A stretch of 64,000 nucleotides of DNA from Alphaproteobacteria bacterium (GTDB taxonomy: Bacteria > Pseudomonadota > Alphaproteobacteria > Rs-D84 > SZUA-605), in assembly GCA_031549385.1 (NCBI GenBank), contig JAVBPW010000001.1:352001-416000 (forward strand), written 5' to 3'. Of this stretch, positions 59,102 to 64,000 are shown piece by piece. Made by a program: the position numbers and the translations under genes. The notes below the pieces were generated by a model, which ran no database searches, had not been told where the DNA came from, and saw nothing but the letters and a program-made list of their open reading frames with translations. How positions within the stretch are numbered: position 1 is the stretch's first letter; each line of letters starts with the position of its first letter.

Positions 59102-59545
59102 TTAATCCTTATATGGGTTTTTGATATTTAACTTTTTTAAAAGTTCAATTTCTTTTTGTTCCATTTTATTTGCATCTTTATCTTTTATATGGTCAAGACC
59201 TTGTAAATGCAAAATCCCGTGTATTAGCAAATGAATAAAATGATCGTCTGTTTTTTTACCTTGTTTCTTTGCTTCACTTCTTATTTTATCAATAGATATT
59301 ATAATGTCACCTAAATAATTTTGGTCTTTTGTTTCAAAAGATAATACGTTTGTTGGTTTATTTTGATTCCTGAACTCTTTGTTTAGTTTTTGAACTTCTT
59401 TGTTGTTATCTATTACTAATGTTAGTTCTTTTTTGTCAGATTTAAATAAAGGTAGAACTTTATTAATCAGTTTTTGAATGTCTGAGAGATAGAACCATGT
59501 TTTTATTTTACAATTATTGATTAAATTAATCTGCATTGATTTCAC
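59102..59545 (-). CDS. ybeY: rRNA maturation endoribonuclease YbeY
   Basis: KPTNVLSF, LGDI, HLLIHGILHLQGLDH. Confidence 0.95.
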   Translation of the reverse strand: MKSMQINLINNCKIKTWFYLSDIQKLINKVLPLFKSDKKELTLVIDNNKEVQKLNKEFRNQNKPTNVLSFETKDQNYLGDIIISIDKIRSEAKKQGKKTDDHFIHLLIHGILHLQGLDHIKDKDANKMEQKEIELLKKLNIKNPYKD

Positions 59546-60809
59546 CTCTTAGGGAACTTTGAGTTCCTGATGTTATTTTTACTTTTTGAATTGTGTTTGT
59601 TAATTTTGGACTTCCTTCCAATATAACATTTTGCATATAAATAGTGCGGCCAGATAGTTTTGTTTTGGTTTTATCATAGCCGTCTATTAAAACATCCATT
59701 GTTTTACCTACACATGATTGATTGAATTCTTTTTGATTTTTTAATAATGCGGTTTGTAGTCTTTTTAATCTTTCTTCTTTTATAGGATCGTCTACATCAT
59801 CTTTTAAGATATATGCAGCTGTATGAGGACGTGGTGAATATTTGAATGAAAAGGAAGTTATGAACTTTACTTTTTCTACTATATCCAATGTATCTTCAAA
59901 GTCTTTTTCAGTTTCTCCTGAGAAGCCTACTATAAAATCAGATGAGATTTGAATGTTTGGGTTTGTCTTTTTTAGTTTTTCTATGATACCTAAATATTCT
60001 TCTCTTGTATATCTGCGGTTCATTCTTTTCAAAATTTTATTTGAGCCTGCTTGAATTGGAAGATATATAAATGGAACTAGCTTTGGAGTTGTTGCAAATA
60101 ATTCAATTTGTTCATCTGTTAAATATGATGGGTAAGATGTTGTAAAGCGAATCTGTTTTACTTTATCTATCTTTGCTGTCTGGTTTACTAAATCAACTAT
60201 TGTATAATTTTCATATTTGTAGTTGTTTACATTTTGGCCTAAGAAATTTATTTCTAATGCTCCATTTGCAACCAAATTATTTACTTCTTCCATTATATCT
60301 TCAAAAGGTCTAGAAAATTCACGGCCTCTTGTGTATGGAACTATACAATATGTGCAAAAATTATCACAACCTTCCATGATTGAAACAAAACCAGTTGAAG
60401 TTTGATTTTTTGATTGTGGAAGAGAATCGAATTTTTCTATACCACGATAATTAGTATCAATTACTTTTAAATCGTTTTTTAATGCAGTTAGAAGTATATG
60501 CCATGATTGTGGTCCAAAAACATAGTTAACATATGGAGCTCGTTTGAATATTTCATTTTCAGCTTCTTTTGCTACACATCCTATTACTGCTATTTTAGCT
60601 TCTTCTTTTTTTGCTTTTTTAAAACGACCAAGTTGAGAAAATATTTTGTCTGTTGCTTTTTTTCTTACAGCACAGGTGTTTACTATTAATAAATCTGCTT
60701 CTTTTAAATCAGTTGTTTCTTTCCATCCTTCTTTTATTAATGCATCAGATAAACGAGTAGAATCGTAAACGTTCATTTGACAGCCAAAAGTCTTTATTAA
60801 AAAGTTCAT
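59526..60809 (-). CDS. miaB: tRNA methylthiotransferase MiaB
   Basis: TFGCQMNVYDS, NTCAVR, EGCDNFCTYCIVPYTRG, TRAM domain. Confidence 0.97.
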   Translation of the reverse strand: MNFLIKTFGCQMNVYDSTRLSDALIKEGWKETTDLKEADLLIVNTCAVRKKATDKIFSQLGRFKKAKKEEAKIAVIGCVAKEAENEIFKRAPYVNYVFGPQSWHILLTALKNDLKVIDTNYRGIEKFDSLPQSKNQTSTGFVSIMEGCDNFCTYCIVPYTRGREFSRPFEDIMEEVNNLVANGALEINFLGQNVNNYKYENYTIVDLVNQTAKIDKVKQIRFTTSYPSYLTDEQIELFATTPKLVPFIYLPIQAGSNKILKRMNRRYTREEYLGIIEKLKKTNPNIQISSDFIVGFSGETEKDFEDTLDIVEKVKFITSFSFKYSPRPHTAAYILKDDVDDPIKEERLKRLQTALLKNQKEFNQSCVGKTMDVLIDGYDKTKTKLSGRTIYMQNVILEGSPKLTNTIQKVKITSGTQSSLRGEINAD

Positions 60810-60950
60810 TTATTCACCTGTTTGATATTCAACTGTGTTTGTTACTATTTTTTGTTTCATTTTTGGAATGAAAAAACATAAAAATATTGCGATTACAATT
60901 AATATTATTTTAAAATATTTTCTGTGTTTGTTTTTACGAAATCTTGGCAT
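60810..60950 (-). CDS. 46-aa single-TM protein upstream of miaB (not in ORF track)
   Basis: MPRFRKNKHRKYFKIILIVIAIFLCFFIPKMKQKIVTNTVEYQTGE; GAAGG upstream; stop abuts miaB ATG. Confidence 0.6.
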   Translation of the reverse strand: MPRFRKNKHRKYFKIILIVIAIFLCFFIPKMKQKIVTNTVEYQTGE

Positions 60951-61088
60951 TTTAACCTTCTTTATAATTTTAATTGCTTATATTATAGAAAGTATTTTAT
61001 AAAAAACATTAAAAATTTAATAAAAGTGCTTTTTTTTTGTCCATTTTTGTGATATTATCTTTGTAGAGAGAAATAAAAGGAGATTTTT

Positions 61089-63284
61089 ATGAATAAAAAG
61101 TTTTTTATAGGATTGGGCGTTTTAGTAGTTGTTTTAGGTTTTAGTGCTAATGCTTATGCTCAACGTGCTAATACATCTGCAGCTGTGAAAAAACAACAAA
61201 CTGGTAGAGCAGGAGTTGCACGAGCAGGAATTACACGTATAACAACTGTTGCGACAAAAGTTCCAACAAGTGGTGGTACAACTACAGATACAACAACTGA
61301 TGATACAAAATTAGATTCACTTGCTTGTTCAAAAGCTTTTTATAATAAACTTGTTGAAAGTGGAGTTTGTGGGGGAGCCAACTTATCTACATGTAATGCT
61401 GATTTCAAAGTTTCTTTGATGAATGGGGATTATACAGCTTTTATGGCAAGTAAAGGTTATATAGCTCAAACAGTATTTACAAATTGTGATTGTGGAACTG
61501 ACAGTGCTGGAACTGCTTTGGATTGTAAGAAGGTTGCTGCTATGTATGTTGGTTCTGTTATGACTGATGGAATTATTAAAGATTATTATTCTTGCCAAAG
61601 AAGTTTTAATTCTTGTGCTAATGCAGTTTGTGGAACTGATTATGCTAATTGTGCTGATCTGTTAACAGAAAAAACTTATCCAACTGATGGAGTTGAATCT
61701 GCTCAAGCTATTTCTAGAGAATTAGAAAAGTTATTAGGTGAATTAAACTCAGGTAGTGCTTATGCTTCTACTATTTCAGGAGTTGGTACAAGACTTCAAA
61801 AAAGATTAGGAGAATGTCGCGCTAATATCTTAGATAAGTGTGAAATCGCTTCTGCTGATGGTACTTCTGATAATGCTACAAGAAGACAAGAAATCTTTGA
61901 TGAATATAGAGATGGATTAATCAGAAATGGTTCAAAAGCTTTGATTGCTCGTTATGGTAATGATGCTAAGAAAAGTATTATGGATGCATATTCATGTGTT
62001 GATTCAGTTGATGCTTGTATGAAAAAACAATGTGGAAGTGACTATAACAAATGTTTAAATGATGACTTTACAGTTAATACTTCTGCTGTAAATAACTTCA
62101 AATCACTTTGCCAACAAGATCTTATTTCTTGTGCTGAAGTAAGAGCATTGGCTCAGTTAGAGGGATACCAATACTTAGCTGATGTTAAGGTTGACGGTGT
62201 TGCTCAAGTATGGAATGATTTTATTACAAACAGAGTGCTTGCTTATGCTAATGCAAAAGCTGTGGATCGTAAGAAATTAGAAGAAAAATTAGAAAATCTA
62301 TTATCATTTGCTCAAAAGAGCTGTCAAGATAATGGTGGTGTAGTTCAATTTATCCAAGAAAAATTGGCTATCTACGACGCAAAATATGGTACATCACGTA
62401 CAAACGATCAGGTTGCTAATGATACTGGATTGTTTGGAACTACTACAGTTGATGGTGATTTAGAATATTCAACAACTGCAAATGATGGAGCTCGTAAAGG
62501 GGATAGATTTTATAACAAAATGGTTTGTGCGTTCCCGTTAACAGGAAACAAAGATGCTAATTCAAATATGCCAAAAATCATATTAATGGGTGAAAGCAAG
62601 GTTTGTGATGCTACATTCTTTGATGTTGATAAAAAAGCTGGTGGAAGAATTGTAGGTTCTATCGTTGGTGCTGGAGTTGGTACTGCTGCTGGATTGTTGA
62701 CAAGTGGTGCATTGAAGAAAGACCCATCAAAAGATATTGCTGATATTAACATAGCTATTCTTAAAGTAGAAGAATGTATAGCAGCAAAAGATGATGTTAA
62801 TAAATATGATAAACTTAGAGAAGAAGCAGCTAATTTAGTTAATAAGGCTGGTGTTATGGTAACTGTTGATAATGCTTGTGATTCTGGAACAAAAGCGAGT
62901 TTGACTAAAAAGTTAGATCAAGGTGGTGGAAAATTAATTGAAAATCAAAAAGCTCAAAATGCTGTACTTGGTACTGCTGGTGGGTTAGCTCTTGGTGCTG
63001 CTGGATTTGGTGTTGGTTCTGCTATTGATAAAAAGAATGCTGAAAAGAAACAAGATGAATTGAAGTGTGTTGTTGGTGGAAAACAATATGCAATTGGAGA
63101 AACAATTACTGTTGCAAGAAGCTCAGCTTTCAGAGAACTTGAAGATTTCTATCAACAAAATCCTAACTTGTTGGCAGAAAGAGGTGAATACATCAATTCT
63201 AAGTACAGAGGTGAATCTGTAGTTGCTGGACCTCAAGGAGATCAGAAAGATAGCAATATTAAGAATGAAAGTTTATTCCAATAA
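61089..63284 (+). CDS. Large secreted Cys-repeat protein with glycine-zipper helices
   Basis: SD AGGAG, signal peptide AYAQ, repeated C...CG.DY..C, GSIVGAGVGTAAG and GTAGGLALGAAGFGVG; terminator ~63297-63322. Confidence 0.85.
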   Translation: MNKKFFIGLGVLVVVLGFSANAYAQRANTSAAVKKQQTGRAGVARAGITRITTVATKVPTSGGTTTDTTTDDTKLDSLACSKAFYNKLVESGVCGGANLSTCNADFKVSLMNGDYTAFMASKGYIAQTVFTNCDCGTDSAGTALDCKKVAAMYVGSVMTDGIIKDYYSCQRSFNSCANAVCGTDYANCADLLTEKTYPTDGVESAQAISRELEKLLGELNSGSAYASTISGVGTRLQKRLGECRANILDKCEIASADGTSDNATRRQEIFDEYRDGLIRNGSKALIARYGNDAKKSIMDAYSCVDSVDACMKKQCGSDYNKCLNDDFTVNTSAVNNFKSLCQQDLISCAEVRALAQLEGYQYLADVKVDGVAQVWNDFITNRVLAYANAKAVDRKKLEEKLENLLSFAQKSCQDNGGVVQFIQEKLAIYDAKYGTSRTNDQVANDTGLFGTTTVDGDLEYSTTANDGARKGDRFYNKMVCAFPLTGNKDANSNMPKIILMGESKVCDATFFDVDKKAGGRIVGSIVGAGVGTAAGLLTSGALKKDPSKDIADINIAILKVEECIAAKDDVNKYDKLREEAANLVNKAGVMVTVDNACDSGTKASLTKKLDQGGGKLIENQKAQNAVLGTAGGLALGAAGFGVGSAIDKKNAEKKQDELKCVVGGKQYAIGETITVARSSAFRELEDFYQQNPNLLAERGEYINSKYRGESVVAGPQGDQKDSNIKNESLFQ

Positions 63285-63417
63285 AATTTAAAAATTAAAG
63301 CCCCATTTTATGGGGCTTTTTTATATCTTTAATATTAAAATATTTTTTAATTTTCTTTATTTTAAATAAGTAATCTTTATAATCAATTTATATAATTAGT
63401 AAAAAGATGAGGATAAA

Positions 63418-64000
63418 ATGAAATCATATAAATATCTTTCTGTAATATCAGGTTTGTTTGTTATGACGTTGATTCTATCAAACGTATTGGATACAAAAAT
63501 TTTTAATTTATTTGGTTTTATCGACTTACCAACTGGTATTTTAATATTTCCACTTGCTTATGTGTTTGGAGATGTGTTGACTGAGGTTTATGGATATGCT
63601 GCATCCCGTAAGGTTATTTGGACTGGATTTATCTCTCTTATAGCTTTTACTTTATTTACAACTTTGGCGATACATTTACCTGCAAGTTCAGGTTGGACAT
63701 TGCAAACTGAATTTGCTTCAGTATTTTCCCATATGCCAAGAATTGTGCTTGCAAGTATAATTGCATATTTTTGTGGTGAGTTTGTGAATTCTTATATCGT
63801 TGCAAAAATGAAAGTTTTTACTGATGGGAAAAGAATGCCATTGCGATTTGTTGTATCAACTATATTTGGAGAATTTGTAGATATGATATTGTTTGCAGTA
63901 ATTGCGTTTGCAGGGGTATTGCCATTTAAGTTGTTAATTTCATTAGGACTTTGTGCTTGGGCCTTTAAAATTGTATGGGAAATTATAGCTTTGCCAATAA
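63418..64000 (+). CDS. Queuosine precursor transporter (YhhQ/VUT family), 3'-truncated
   Basis: ILSN...K, FPLAYVFGDVLTEVYGY...RKVIWTGF, PRIVLASIIAYFCGEFVN; runs off the window. Confidence 0.9.
   Translation, partial: MKSYKYLSVISGLFVMTLILSNVLDTKIFNLFGFIDLPTGILIFPLAYVFGDVLTEVYGYAASRKVIWTGFISLIAFTLFTTLAIHLPASSGWTLQTEFASVFSHMPRIVLASIIAYFCGEFVNSYIVAKMKVFTDGKRMPLRFVVSTIFGEFVDMILFAVIAFAGVLPFKLLISLGLCAWAFKIVWEIIALPI

Noticed and set aside
3920-62752. Many antisense or alternate-frame ORFs inside rplA, rplJ, rpoBC, ctpA, dnaN, ileS and others
   Set aside because: Shadows of biased codon usage in well-identified genes
1-64000. Prophage or IS element
   Set aside because: No transposase, terminase, capsid or phage integrase recognisable; accessory genes are dispersed singly

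Overview
AT-rich bacterial chromosome segment, standard genetic code. It looks like a reduced, probably host-associated Alphaproteobacterium (alpha-type SspB, alpha-type rplJ/rplY leaders, RpoB sequence style; lineage is inference). The backbone is housekeeping: tuf-trnW-secE-nusG-rplKAJL-rpoBC-lepB, ctpA, envC-like, cca, rnpB, two tRNA-Leu, hup, truA, dnaN, glyQS, ileS, lysS, argS, pth, xerC, lnt-ybeY-miaB. The main unexplained structure is a second class of about a dozen stand-alone genes (orphans plus dapA, kdsA, dcd). Most have their own sigma70 promoter and intrinsic terminator, none has a Shine-Dalgarno, and nearly all share an A-rich leader motif (T)CAAAYYTAAA(A) just upstream of an often TATG start. 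Two clusters of back-to-back promoter-terminator units (1737-1930 and 30343-31525) are predicted to make tiny RNAs. Several carry the reverse complement of that leader (TAGGTTTGA / TAAGTTT), in two places together with an anti-start codon (AGTTCAT). The C/T variation in the leader is what G:C/G:U pairing to UUUAGGUUU would tolerate. Also seen: four RPE-like palindromic elements, a compact 282-nt RNase P RNA, a virB7-virB8-virB8 trio, a C-terminal-only ComEC, a family of secreted Gly-rich-helix proteins and an orphan toxin/immunity-like pair behind a dif-like palindrome. All promoter and sRNA calls are from sequence pattern only.
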